Shown: positions 13,178 to 25,509 of the stretch, one piece after another | Position numbering within the stretch: position 1 is the stretch's first letter | How the letters are laid out: each line of letters begins with the position of its first letter | From: Eledone cirrhosa | Lineage: Eukaryota | DNA length: 64,000 nucleotides | Direction: 5' to 3' | Assembly (NCBI GenBank): GCA_964016885.1 | Contig: OZ024746.1 | Coordinates: 59,954,001-60,018,000 of the forward strand | Program-made: the position numbers and the translations under genes | The notes under the pieces: model-generated | What the model was told of the DNA's origin: nothing | What the model saw: only the letters and a program-made list of their open reading frames with translations | Database searches by the model: none

Positions 13178-13475
13178 CTTACTGAAGTATCAAGTTATGC
13201 TGGTGAGGGTGCTTGGTGTCTTAGCATCGCTATCACCTGGTCTTACTGAAGTATCAGGTGATACCCATGGGCGTACTTGACCATACAGCGCCTTAGCTTC
13301 ACTATTATCTGATCTTACTGAAGTATCATGTGATGCTTGTGAGAGTGTTTGGGTATTTCAACGTCTCAACCTCGTCATCAATGTCTTACTGAAGTAGCAA
13401 GTGATGGTATTTAGCTATAGCAACGTTTTAACCTCGTAATCACCCGTGGCAATACCATACTTTGGCTTGCCTAAA
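13178..13475 (+). repeat. Four tandem ~64-72 bp repeats derived from the CRE 3' end
   Basis: cttactgaagta at 13178, 13242, 13314 and 13385. Units align to the EVTGEACEGAWLFQRISLAIT-coding segment at about 23540-23610. Confidence 0.75.
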
Positions 13476-14050
13476 AAAACAGTAGCGGAAAACACTAACA
13501 AGTTTTCTGATAATATGTAATTGAATGTGTGCGTCTTTTCTGGAGAATTATTATTATCAAAGAAATTATTATGTGCAGTATACCCAAACAATATATTATT
13601 TGCTAATAATGAGAGTTGTCTTCCCTTACTTCTACCTCTATCCTTGAAAACATTCTACAATAGAGCAGTCTTGCGTAGTCACGGGTCACGCTAGAAATAG
13701 AAGCCAAATTTCTATCAAATGACACATTTTAAAAAAGGAATGGAAATATTGGATAATGGGTTTTATTGTAGGATAAATAAGTTATGAAGCGATGTACAGA
13801 GTGCCGTATGAAAAATAGATTCATTAATTGAAATTTTCCTTAATTGAGGAAAGCAAATAAAAAAAAACTAGCTGTATACACACACACACATGTATCAAGC
13901 GCTTTAAGGACATTCTTTCTTGATAAAGCAGAGGTTGGTTTTACGGGCTCCTAACAGGTTTAATACTCGATATGGAGTCCTTCTTTGAGACAACGTTTCA
14001 TGGTCAGATGCCTTTCCTGGTACCATCCCTCTTAATCACCTTTTACGACG

Positions 14051-14085
<35 letters not shown>

Positions 14086-16146
14086 GTTATATATATATAT
14101 ACATACATACATTTTTTTTATTTACCATTAATGTACAGAAAATGTAAACAGAATACTCTTTAGTTTTGCAGGGAAGAAAGCAATCTCTAATTCTAGTGCT
14201 ATACTATGCTCAGACTACACTGTAAAAGGATTGGTGAATGTTTCAAGACAAAATATGGTTGAGAGGATTCTTATGCATTGTCAAGTAGTGCTGGTGTCAC
14301 AATAAAATGCAGTTAGTACACTCTAAAGTGATCAGCAAGTTGGTGGAGACAACATAGAGTTGAGAAGACACATCAATTCTACTGATGACATAACCACTTT
14401 AGTGTTGGTGTCACAAAATGCACAACCCAGTGCACTATATAATGTGGTTGGTGTTAAGAAGGGCATCCAGCTATAGAAGCTAAGCCAGACCTGGTACATA
14501 CAAGTAACATTGGGTTTTCCAACCCATCTAAGGCAGAAACTCCAAATAAAAACTGACTCACACTACGACAACCAATCCAACACATGCCAGCATAAGAAGT
14601 GGATGATTCCAGAAACGACACTAGCCCTCTTGTGACAAATATTAAGAATTAAACCACCAGAAATAAAGACAAACTCCAAATAAAGCAGTTTTAGCAATTT
14701 TAGTTTATTTTTTTATAAACGAGTTTTTAAAAAATCAAAAATTTATCATTATTTTAATAAATCAGGTGAAAAATATCACATTAAATACACATGTATATGA
14801 GTTGTATTCATCTGTCAAGTAACTTAAACTCTAACCATATGTTAAAACTAGTGATTAGACTGTGAAAGAGTCATTTTAGACTTTCGTAGAAAGATAAAAA
14901 AAAAATTTATAGTCACTTTAAATTTATTTATGCTGTCAAAATTTCTGTCACTTACATTGCAACCTGGTCACTGACGCAATTTCACTGTAACTATTTTGAA
15001 ACTTGGTTACCAGTCAGGTTTTTTTGACAAGGATCATGTATTTTCTTTCTCTTGCTGAACTTTATATAATGATAGATAGATACCACATCTGTCTGTAAAT
15101 ATGTATATAATAATATATATACCCACACTTCTATATATGCATTTGGAAGACAAAATGCTGAATGCAACTCATCTGTTCTTGACGTAGGCTGATATTTGCG
15201 AAACATTTACAGGATATGCAATTAGGATGTTCATTTTTGGCAGTTTCCAACATAGCAGTCTTTCCTGAATACCTGTTTCAAATCAATGGGTGTAAGATTT
15301 GAGAGAAAATATACAATATTATATTTTTGTTAGTATTGTCATTACTCTAGACAGAACAGGCGGCTGACTTTTTTCACAATGTAATTGCTTCAGTTTCTAC
15401 ATATAGTCTTATATTAAGTTACTTAAGAAACACGTACAGCTATTAGAATACAAAAAAAAGGGAAATCTTCTAAATGCTTTTATTTTGCCTAATTATTTGA
15501 CCCTCTGTTATTAGATTACTAATGAAAGACACTGCCTATGATTTTCAAATCATTTTGAAAATACTCAAGAATTTGGAGGTATTTTGTAAAATAAACTTTG
15601 TCATTATTAAGTAGGTATTTGGAGCTTAACATAAAGGTTCTTACATATGAAGGTTTTTAGATAAATATAAGCACTTTAAAATAAACAGTTTTGTGTTTAC
15701 TAACAAAAGGGTTAATATACTGTATATACTTGTGTATAGACCATTCCTCCATCTTACATACAATATTTACAAAGTACCATATATTTTAATGTGAGGTTTT
15801 GTATGTCCAGTAGGCAAGTCGCCTGCTGGGTCTTTTACTTCATACTTTTATGGAAAAAGGTGTGCTTTATAAAATGCATAAATGCTAAATTCTCAGAATC
15901 TACTAATTGTAATCCTTTTGATGCCAACTGGCCAAAATCAGTGCTGGTTCTATGAGACAAAACTCCTTATTTTAAATGGTTCCTATTTAAATAAAAAAAT
16001 TTCCAACATAAATTCATGTAAGAACCATATGTTTAGTTACTATTGTTATTAATGAAATAAATAATTTTCCTAAATCTGTCATTTCATTAGAAATATAATA
16101 ATGAAAGGGTTAAGTCATCCCATTGAGAGAATGTTCCAATAGAAGT

Positions 16147-17451
16147 TTACAATGAGGGCTTCTGTTTAGTGTGAATCCCTTTGTGTTTTGTCACTAGACC
16201 CTTGCTTGAGAATGCTTTACCACAGATGTCACAGTTAAATGGTTTCTCTCCCGTGTGAACCACTTTATGGATCCTTACAGTATTCTTGCGAGCAAAGGCT
16301 TTCCCACAGATTTCACACTGGTATGGTCTTTCTCCACTGTGGGTAACTTTGTGACTAATTACCTCACTTTTTCTGGCAAATGTCTTATCACAGATATCAC
16401 AGTCAAACGGTTTCTCTCCAGTATGAATTACTTTATGTAAACGTAGATAGCCACTCTGTGAGAATGATTTACCACAAATTTCACAGTGGTAAGGCTTCTC
16501 TCCTGTGTGAACAACTTTATGTTTAGTCAGATGTCCATTACTTGCAAATGATTTACCACAAATATCACAGTGATATGGTTTCTCTCCTGTGTGAACCATT
16601 TGATGTTTTCTTAAGTTACCTTTGCAGGAGAATGTTTTACCACAAGTTTCACAGTGGTATGGCTTTTCTCCAGTGTGAACCATTTCATGTCTAGTGACAT
16701 CACTTTTTCTAGAGAATGCTTTACCACAAACATCACAGTGAAACTGACTGTCTTCTGTATGAATTATTCTATGAATGGCTAAACTGCTATTTGATGAGAA
16801 CCTCTTATGACAAATCTTACATTGGTATGGTTTGTCTCCTGTGTGAACCACTTTATGTCGTGTTATTTGACCCCTCCTTGGGAATGCTTTACCACAGATT
16901 TCACAGTTGAATGGTCGTTCACCTGTATGAACCATTCTATGTATTCTTAAGTTACTATTAGATATAAACGTTTTCCCACAAACTTCACAAGTGAATGGCT
17001 TTTCTCCAGTATGTATCATCTTATGTTTCTTTAAGTTCGTATTAGACATAAATGTATTATCACAAATTTCACACCGGTATGGTTTCTGCCTCATATGTGC
17101 CACCTTATGTGCATTCAATTGCCAATTACGTAAGAATTTTTTACCACAAATCTCACACGTGAATGGTCTTTCTCCAGTGTGAACAACTTTATGTCTTGAT
17201 ACATTCCCCTTGTTTGTGAATACCTTCCCACAGATTTCACAGCTGAATGGCTTCTCTCCTGTATGAATCATTTTATGCTTTCTCAGGTTGCAGTTAAATG
17301 TGAAGGACTTCCCACAGACTCCACAGTGGTGAGGTTTTGAATCTGTGTGGGAGCGCTTGTGTTTGTTCAAGTGCCAGGGACTTAGAAAGGTTTTACTACA
17401 TATTTCACAGCGGTGGACTGGTTCTTCTGTAAGAATCATTTTACCTTCCAT
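16147..17451 (-). CDS. C2H2 zinc-finger protein B (15 fingers, 434 aa)
   Basis: Intact ORF with 15 fingers. First ATG is at 17451 (the ORF-track start at 17454 is TTG). Acceptor tttttatttcAG| with exon 2 starting at 17647. Confidence 0.95.
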   Translation of the reverse strand: MEGKMILTEEPVHRCEICSKTFLSPWHLNKHKRSHTDSKPHHCGVCGKSFTFNCNLRKHKMIHTGEKPFSCEICGKVFTNKGNVSRHKVVHTGERPFTCEICGKKFLRNWQLNAHKVAHMRQKPYRCEICDNTFMSNTNLKKHKMIHTGEKPFTCEVCGKTFISNSNLRIHRMVHTGERPFNCEICGKAFPRRGQITRHKVVHTGDKPYQCKICHKRFSSNSSLAIHRIIHTEDSQFHCDVCGKAFSRKSDVTRHEMVHTGEKPYHCETCGKTFSCKGNLRKHQMVHTGEKPYHCDICGKSFASNGHLTKHKVVHTGEKPYHCEICGKSFSQSGYLRLHKVIHTGEKPFDCDICDKTFARKSEVISHKVTHSGERPYQCEICGKAFARKNTVRIHKVVHTGEKPFNCDICGKAFSSKGLVTKHKGIHTKQKPSL

Positions 17452-18119
17452 CAAGCTGTTATTTTTCTACTTTGATAAAACCTAATATTGGTAGGTTGGG
17501 GGGGGGGGGGTATTTATTCCAGAACCAGAAGGAAAAGGAAACTTCTTCATATAAATTCACATTTTCCTTGAAGGGTCTGTTAAAACCCTCATTGGAACTC
17601 TTTACAATGATGACATCTTTGTATAAAAATACTCCTCTTCTCATTTCCTGAAATAAAAATAGAACCAACATTAATATGAGGTTTATGATATGGAATGTAA
17701 TACTAAACATCCACAGTATCATTTGAAACCTAAATACTTCTGTTAACCTATTTATAATGAATGGCACTGCTTAGGTTTTTCAAATAATTTTGAAAATAAT
17801 CAAAAAAGATTTTGTAATGATGATATACATATATAAACCTCTGTAGGATCAAAAGATCAAAGTTTTCGCTAACCACATCTCTCACACAGTAAAACTATTT
17901 GCAAAAGTTGTAATGTTTACTGTGTTCATTTTGTTGTGATGTGAAAGGAGAAAGATGACAGGATGCATCTGGTAAATACACGTTAGGATTTGCTCGTCAA
18001 TTTGTGTATGTGTATAAGTGGAGCAAACAAAATGAATCCAGTGAATCAGATGGTATTTTCGTTTTCTTCATTCGAGATCTATTGTCAGTGAGACCCTCGT
18101 TAGTTGTGTGTATACATAA

Positions 18120-18425
18120 GGGTAAAGACCCCCTTCTGTCAAGAATGACTATGGAATTTGCAACTAGAAAGTTCCCTTTTGAGGCATAAGTCCGACAAGG
18201 TAGTTTATGGAAGACCAGCAGTCGTCCATGCATACCAATCTCCCCTCGCCACGCCACCCATACAACTTCGTACAAGTGACGTCGCAACTCATTTCTACAG
18301 TTGAGTGAACTGAAGCAACGTGAAATAAAGTGTCTTGCTCAAGGACACAGTGCATCACCCAATCCGCGACTCGAACCCGCAACCTCACGATTGCAAGCCC
18401 AAAACTCTAACCATTAAGCCATGCA
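18120..18425 (-). mobile_element. tRNA-derived SINE
   Basis: Reverse strand reads tggcttaatggttag...ggttcgagtc...gtccttgagcaagacactttatttcacg. Confidence 0.7.
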
Positions 18426-18654
18426 GTATATGTATGTGTGCGTGTGTCGTTCTTCTTCCCATGATAAATTAATATAAATATGACGGTAATCATATAATCT
18501 GAATTGATATATTCCAAATTAGGTTTAGGATTCAGTAACATTCCTGTAATTAACCGACTCCAGATTAACAGGCAGAGAAACAGAAAGTACAAATTAACTC
18601 TAACCCTAATTTGGAATAAATTATCTCGGATTACTAATTTATAATCATAATAAT

Positions 18655-19050
18655 TATTTCTAGTATAGGCACACGGCCAGTAATTTTGGGGAGGGGAAAG
18701 TCGATTAAATCGATCCCAGTGCGTGACTGGTACTTTATGTTATCGACCCTTTAAGGATGAAAGGCAAAGTTAACCTCGGCGAGATTTGAACTCGGATCAT
18801 AAAGAGCTGAGTTCAAATCCGACGAGGTTAACTTTGCCTTTCATCCTTACGAGGTCGATAAAATAAAGTACCAGTGGTGTACTGGGGTAATCGCTGACCT
18901 TGTGCCAAAAGTAGAAACTAGCCCTTGCCATTCTGAGTTCAAATCCCGCCGAGGTTAACTTTGCCTTTCATCCTTACGGGGTCGATAAAATAAAGTACCA
19001 GTAATGCACTGGGTAATTGCTGGTCTTGTGCCAAAAATAGAAACAATTAT
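18655..19050. mobile_element. Three SINE copies (one -, two +) of the gcctttcatcctt..gggtcgataaa-core family
   Basis: B box gagttcaaatcc plus the conserved core. The first two copies abut in inverted orientation. Confidence 0.8.
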
Positions 19051-19205
19051 TATGATTTATAATCATAATAATGAAGATTATTGTGCGCAGTGGTCAGGTG
19101 CATTACAACTATCATTGGAGGATATTCTGAACCCTCATTTATTTATTCCTCTTGAACGTGAATCTAATAAGACTGAGTTTTTGCATCTCTGTGTTTATCT
19201 TGAAC

Positions 19206-19295
<90 letters not shown>

Positions 19296-19674
19296 GGGTT
19301 CAATCGGGGTAACCACAGTAAGTAAGGTACCAATGAAACAGTTCTAGTCCTGTAGAAGCCATTTCTATATTAAACATGATATATATATAAACAAAACAGA
19401 AATGTCAACTGTTAAAACAGATGTGTTCGCTACAATCAACATTTAAAGTGTTTATATCTATCTAAATATATTCCACCACAATTTTATGTAAAAACCTTTG
19501 TTAAGCTATGTTCCAAACACGTTTAATAATAAGAAAGTTAACTAATTACTAAACCCTCCAAATTCTTGATTATTTTTTAAATTATAGACATTGTCATTCA
19601 TTAGAAACGTAGTAAATAAACAGTTAACTTAAAACATTCCTACATTAAACAACACACGCCCAAATCTGCCTTAC

Positions 19675-19886
19675 CTTTCAAAACATCGCCCTTCTCTGTC
19701 TCATCTTTCTTTCTCTTCTCCTTAAACACCCTCCATATTTAAACAGCAACATATCCTTTGTAAATTCTCTCTTTAAGGCAATCCTCACTACTGACACTAT
19801 CCAGTATATTTAAGACAAACCAACACTGGATTCAACAAGAACATTATTTTAGAAATTTAAACGGCGTGTTATGGCTGACCGGAAGT
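19675..19886 (-). promoter_or_regulatory. Putative promoter and non-coding exon 1 of ZNF B
   Basis: AAG|GTAAGG donor at 19674. Motif cggcgtgttatggctgaccggaagt at 19862-19886 contains the ETS core CCGGAAGT. Confidence 0.65.
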
Positions 19887-20926
19887 AAAGAATATACTAA
19901 TCGATACTAGCACTGGGACGAGCTATTCTAGGTGGTCTCTTGACATGCTAGAGATTACGGCGAAATCTTTCTTACATTAAGCCCTACCATCTTAATGTGG
20001 GGAAGGATATATTGGATAATGTAGTGTGTTAGATATACAAAAAGACATGACAACCCTGCTTGAAACGCTCGTGGTAATAGGTATGTGTGTGGAATGGAAT
20101 GTACATATGTCGGTTCCGACGACGAATGTTCGGAAAACGAAACATTCTGCTTGTATAATTAACGTACAAGTAACGGATACGTGTGTGTACCTTTAACGTA
20201 ATTCTCAGGGAGATTCAGTATGACCCAGCGTGACAAGGCGGATCCATTGAATTGCAAGTACAGGCCATATATCGTGATTCTAAATAATTTCTGTCTACCT
20301 AATTTCATTCCAAGGCTTGGATCACCCAGAGGTTATTATATATGAAACTTGCCTAAGAGGCCACGCAGCCTAATCAAACCCTACATTCCATTATTGCGAA
20401 ACCTGACCTGTCAACTCTCCCCGTCCGAATGGGAGATCTCCCACCCACTTTGAATATTTTTTATTTTTTATTTTTTATTTCAGGTGATCCTACTTTGTAC
20501 ATGAAATATTTTTACCTAATGAGGGAGTCATTGAACTGTGACCTGGAACCACCATCATGTTCCCGTAACTGGTGAAGCCAGTTGTTGGGTGCCACTAGTC
20601 TTTCTGGCAGCTAATAATTGCCAATGATCCCTGTCCTTCCTCATACACACAAGGGTCGCAGTTTTGAGACATGTCCAGTCACTGATGTTGTCAAACCAGG
20701 ATTTCTTTGTCTACCTCTTCAGTCTTTACTCTAATACTGCAAATTTTCACAAAAGATCTGTCCACCACTAAAGTTACTATCAATATTTGAATTAACAAAC
20801 CTATTTTTAGATATTTTCTGCTAAATCATTACAGGATGTTAAGAAGAGTTATTATAAAACTAATTCAGGAGAACTAATTTATTGTAAAGAGTAGCTTAAC
20901 TGGTTGGACTGCTAAGGTCAAATCAG

Positions 20927-21165
20927 TGCAACATTTGTGGTAAAGCATTTTCCAGAAACGTTTATTTGACAGATCATGAACACATTCACACAGGATATAA
21001 ACAATTCCATTGTGAATTTTGTATCAAATCTTTCTCAGTGCAAAGCAATTTAACTAAGCACATCTTGATTCATACTGTAGAGAAGCACTGCTGTTGTGAT
21101 ATTTGTGGCAAGTCCTTCTCCCAAAACTCAAATTTACGAAAGCATAAACTTATCTATGCTGGGAA
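20927..21165 (+). pseudogene. C2H2 zinc-finger pseudogene (3 fingers), truncated by a retroposon
   Basis: CNICGKAFSRNVYLTDHEHIH / CEFCIKSFSVQSNLTKHILIH / [21 protein letters not shown] (last His lost). In-frame TAA at 20897 with no ATG before the fingers. Runs into a HERO/NeSL-like fragment. Confidence 0.8.
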
Positions 21166-21214
21166 AAACAACACAATTGGAATAGTGGTTCAGAAAAAAA
21201 AGAGGTAGTTGCCA

Positions 21215-21990
21215 TAAGAATCCAGAACATATAGGTTCATTGGACGATATCGGAAAGTATACTCCTGAGGAGTCTCGACTGGAATGACATGGCATATAGC
21301 CCTTCTGTCTATGATCTGCCCTCGAATGCAAATCTAGTGAAGAGAGGGAGAACAGAATCCCCATTTTGCCAAGGCAGACAGATAATGGAGCATGTTCTGA
21401 GGCCATGCAGAGTGACGCTAAACATAAAGGCAGAATCAAGTGTTTAAGGAAATCACACAGGGTAAGTACTGACAAAGGAAAATTCCAGCAACATTTTACA
21501 TGGTAGGAGGTAGTAAATCAAGACCTGGGGCAGCTATTCCATTCCTGGACATGGGGGTGGATGACTGAAATTTTACAGCAGACTTCCTAGAATCAAAGAA
21601 AAACACCCAGAAATGATCAGCAAGAGTAGCTTTAGGCTGGACATTGTACTCCACCCCAATTCTTCAAACTAGCTGGTTTTGATTGAACTCACCATGCAAT
21701 TTGAAAGTAGAATTGAAGAAGCCCATGTTTTCAAGACCAAGAAGTATGCCAGTCTAAACAGCTTCCAGGTCAGAATCACTGTATAGGTTGGGGCCAGAGG
21801 GTTTGTAGACAAATCTACCTACAATTCATGAAACAGCCCTTAATCTCTAAGACCAAAGCCCTAAATGCAAAGCAGAGACAGCAGTAGCTGAATCTATTCA
21901 AGAAGGAACAGAAGCAATCTCTAAACGACACACAAGTCTCCAATATCCAAGTAGTTAAAAGGCATCAACAGAAGGGCACTAGGATACAGC
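21215..21990 (+). mobile_element. HERO/NeSL-like RLE non-LTR retroposon 3' fragment
   Basis: YDLPSNANLVK...PFCQGRQIMEHVL (knuckle), RLDIVLH...LIELTMQFESRIEEAHVFKTKKY (PD-(D/E)xK endonuclease) and VGARGFV, with stops and frameshifts. Confidence 0.75.
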
Positions 21991-23059
21991 CCAGCCCCCT
22001 TAGAATGTAAGGAATTAAGGCCTGAAACACTTGCATAAGGAAGGCTTCTTCTCTGAAAACCTAATGTTCAGCTTTCCATAGAGTTTTTTACTACTTAACA
22101 TTATTTGATTGCCTTTCATCCTTACGGGGTCCGTAAAATAAAGTACCAGTAATGTACTGGGTAATTGCTGGCCTTGTGCCAAAAGTAGAAACAATTATTT
22201 GATGTATGGTAAATGACTTGAGAGTCAACTAGTTAAAATGAATACATATCAGTTCAAAGTGAGAATAGCGATTTCATAATGAGCTCATGTCACAAACAAA
22301 TCCTGGTCCATGGGTAGAGTGATTTATAATGTATTTTATTATAACTGTGTCCCAACTCGAATGCCACAAGCTGTAACATGTAATTTACTGATAAATAATA
22401 ATTGTTTCTGACGCACGTACGTGATATGAAATATAAGGAGAGGGGTTAGTCAATTATGTCAACTCAGTACTTGACTGGTACTTTATTTTATCGGGATGAC
22501 AGGCATAGTTGACATCGGTGGAAATTGAATTCAGAATGCACACAACTGGAATAAATGCCACAATGCATTTCGTTTGCTACTACTGTTTCTGCAAACTTGC
22601 TGCTTATGTGAATACACGATCCAATGTGTCTGTCCCTTTAAAAAAACACACGATAAAGTGAGATGTGGCTGTTATTTCTAGCAGACTCCATTGTATAGTA
22701 TGAGCTTTAGAGTAACTATGAGCCTGGGGTGAGCAACAACCGGAACAAATACTGCCTGGACCTTTGTCTGATGTTCCAACGATTCTGCCAATACACCGCC
22801 TTCACATGGAAACATAAAGAGAGAGATAGAAAGAACAGAAGAAGGGAAGAGAAATCCCCCAACCCTGTTTCTGTGTCAATATTTATAGTTTAGTTTAGTC
22901 TGTACTTCCTGTTTGCTATATGTGTTTTGGTTTGTGTTTATCTTCCTAGTTCAACCTGCTGTTGATATATAATATCTTATCTTATTTTATTTAAACGTGA
23001 CTTCTACAGGATTATCGGTTGTGAAATCATCTAGATGTATTGAGCACTTTACTTTAATT

Positions 23060-23243
23060 GGGATTCGGTTCCGTTCTTTATCGAAACACCATTATATATA
23101 TATAATATATGTGTGTAAATTCCGAGCAGTTTTAATGTTAGATAAAGGACTCTTAATGAGAAAAGATCGGAATTGTTTCCAATTGTATTTAAGAAGTTCT
23201 ATGTAAAAAAAAAACGCAAGAGAAAGGAGAGCTGTATGTTCAG
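23060..23243 (+). promoter_or_regulatory. Putative promoter and non-coding exon 1 of ZNF C
   Basis: CAG|GTAAGA donor at 23244 and a GGTTCCGTTC ETS-like site near 23070. Homologous to the gene A exon1/intron1 junction. Confidence 0.55.
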
Positions 23244-23414
23244 GTAAGATAATTTGTTTGTCGTGAGATATTTATCAACACGAGTAGGGTTGAAAGGTTA
23301 AATTATAAATAGTTATTTTAATGAAACCTATGTTTACTATTCAAATGAACACGTCTGTGTGCGTCCGTGTTTGTATTTACGTTGTTGTATATATCCCATA
23401 AACTTGAAGTTCGA

Positions 23415-23648
23415 CAAGTAAACAAAGTCCTAAAATACTGTGATCTGTCGGCCAACTACATTTTCCAGCCTGTGGCGTTCGAGACGTTGGGAAGTGTCGG
23501 GCTACTGACTGCGAGATTCCTATCTTCACTGGCAGCTCGCCTAACAGAGGTAACTGGTGAAGCTTGTGAGGGCGCTTGGTTGTTCCAGCGCATCAGCCTC
23601 GCCATCACCTGAGTTAACGCTGCAAGTATGCTGGCTTGCCTCAAAAAT
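23415..23648 (+). mobile_element. CRE-clade retroposon 3' fragment
   Basis: KVLKYCDLSANYIFQPVAFETLGSVG...ARLTEVTGEACEGAWLFQRISLAIT*VNAASMLAC. Confidence 0.8.
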
Positions 23649-24202
23649 CATTAGAGAGGTTTCCCAGTGCTCCTCGCAATACTGTTATCTTTTACTCTAG
23701 TAGCGGCTTGGTTGTCCACCCCTTTCGCCTACCTTTTGTTGTATGTGGTCCAGGTGTTTGTGTGTGTGTTTTTTTTTCTGTTTTCCCTCTCCCTTTCCTT
23801 TATATTTGATTTGTTTGTGCTTTCGTTCTGTAAGGATTGTATTATTATATCTATTTTTATACAACAGTGAATAAAGTCCTTTCAGTATAATTACAAAGCA
23901 CTCAAAACATAAAATAAGTACTAGGGTAGATATAATCGACAAAGAAAATCCTTGAATGAACACAACGGGTGAAGGGATTTTGTACTAGAACGGGTACGTC
24001 CAACCCATGCAAGCATGGAAAAACGGACGTCAAATGATTATGGCCATTGGTAAAAATTGTTTTTATTTTATAAGTTAGTCGGGAGGAGATGGGATACAAC
24101 ACTCATGACGTTTGGAGGCCCAATTCCCAAACGTGAGATTGACGTAACCAATTTAAACTTGATGCAGGCATAGTTGAGTGGTTAACAAGCTCGCTTCACA
24201 AT

Positions 24203-24390
24203 AATTGTTTCTACTTTTAGCACAAGGCCAGCAATTACTCCAGTGCATTACTGGTGCTTTATTTTATCGACCCCGTAAGGATGAAAGGCAAAGTTAACCT
24301 CGGCGGGATTTGAACTCAAAACGTAAAGGGCCATAGCTCTGCTGCTAAGCATGGTGTCTGACGCTCTACCGATACTGCCAATCCAGCGGT
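24203..24390 (-). mobile_element. Young tRNA-derived SINE
   Basis: Near-identical to copies near 9268, 34470, 55152 and 55524. Confidence 0.8.
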
Positions 24391-24736
24391 CCCGAGGTCG
24401 ATTCTATTGCGTGGCAGTTTAGACAAATGTAGTCTTAGCTCAACCCAAGCCTTGTGTGCGGAATTGGGTAAATCGACACAATTACAGGTACAATCCATTT
24501 GTTGCATTGTACCTGTAAGTTAAAGGTCCAGCATTATCACATATTGTGTCCCATTGACTCAACCACTTACATATTAATTCATGAGTAGAATGTTTAGTTG
24601 ATTGATTGAACAATTTAATGCTCTGTCAAAACAGACAGATGATCCACCATCATCATAGACTATGTGCTAATAAATCATACATGGTTACAACACAAATCTA
24701 TATTTGTGCTCTTCAATAGATTTTGCAAACCATATA

Positions 24737-25061
24737 CAGGTCTTTCCTGACTTACAACTGGGTTCTGTTAAGAGCAACAACTCATAAATCGTCCTGGACA
24801 TAAATTGAAGACCTGTACATCTGACCTGGGGTGAGGTATTTCATATGCATTACTCCTATGTGCTATACTATGTAACTAATACATTATATTTATTTGCCAA
24901 TACATATTTGCCTAGCATGGTTTGGGCCTCATTGTGTATGTATGTTCAGATAAGAATATTTGAAACATAACAGATGCCAAGAGAAATTGTGTCTGAAAAT
25001 ATAAATGATTGTAACTGTAAATAGTTGTAAATCACATAGGTCATATCTTGAGGAGTGCCTG
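24737..25061. mobile_element. Tigger/pogo-like MITE, degenerate
   Basis: TA|caggtctttcctgacttacaac...gtcatatcttgaggagtgcctg|TA imperfect TIRs. Confidence 0.55.
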
Positions 25062-25509
25062 TAATGCCTTTGCTAATAAACAACACCTCATTGATACTTG
25101 CTAAGAGTTTATTTCTTTTAATTTCAGGTGTGTATTGTGAAAAGATGGAATTCTACCAGATGTGATCATTATTAGCTGAAATATCTAGTGTGTGGTATCT
25201 ATTGAAGTTGTCTGGCGATAGCAATGTGAAGATGTACCCTCCATTGGTTTCAAAGATCAGCAATCAGTTGTTTGATCAACTGAGAATCCTATTTTGGAAT
25301 TAACATGTAAGTGATTGGAGTATTTCACAGGCATGTGTGCCCCATTTGGTATTATAGTGTAAGTGACTGAATATTCCACAGGCACATGTATTCTCAATGT
25401 ATTTCACAGGCAGTATTAGCATGACATGGCTGGGATACAGTGTACCTAATCTAAATCAGATACACATAGCAAATTTAAAGGAAACGAGTTTATAGAAAAT
25501 ATTTTTTAA

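Noticed and set aside
13178-13475. CRISPR-like look of the regularly spaced cttactgaagta repeat
   Set aside because: The apparent spacers are homologous to each other and to the CRE 3' end. Eukaryotic context and no cas genes.
17459-17767. 102-aa ORF upstream of gene B as a separate gene or N-terminal domain
   Set aside because: It crosses the predicted acceptor and stops before the main ATG; only its exonic part is considered, as a uORF.
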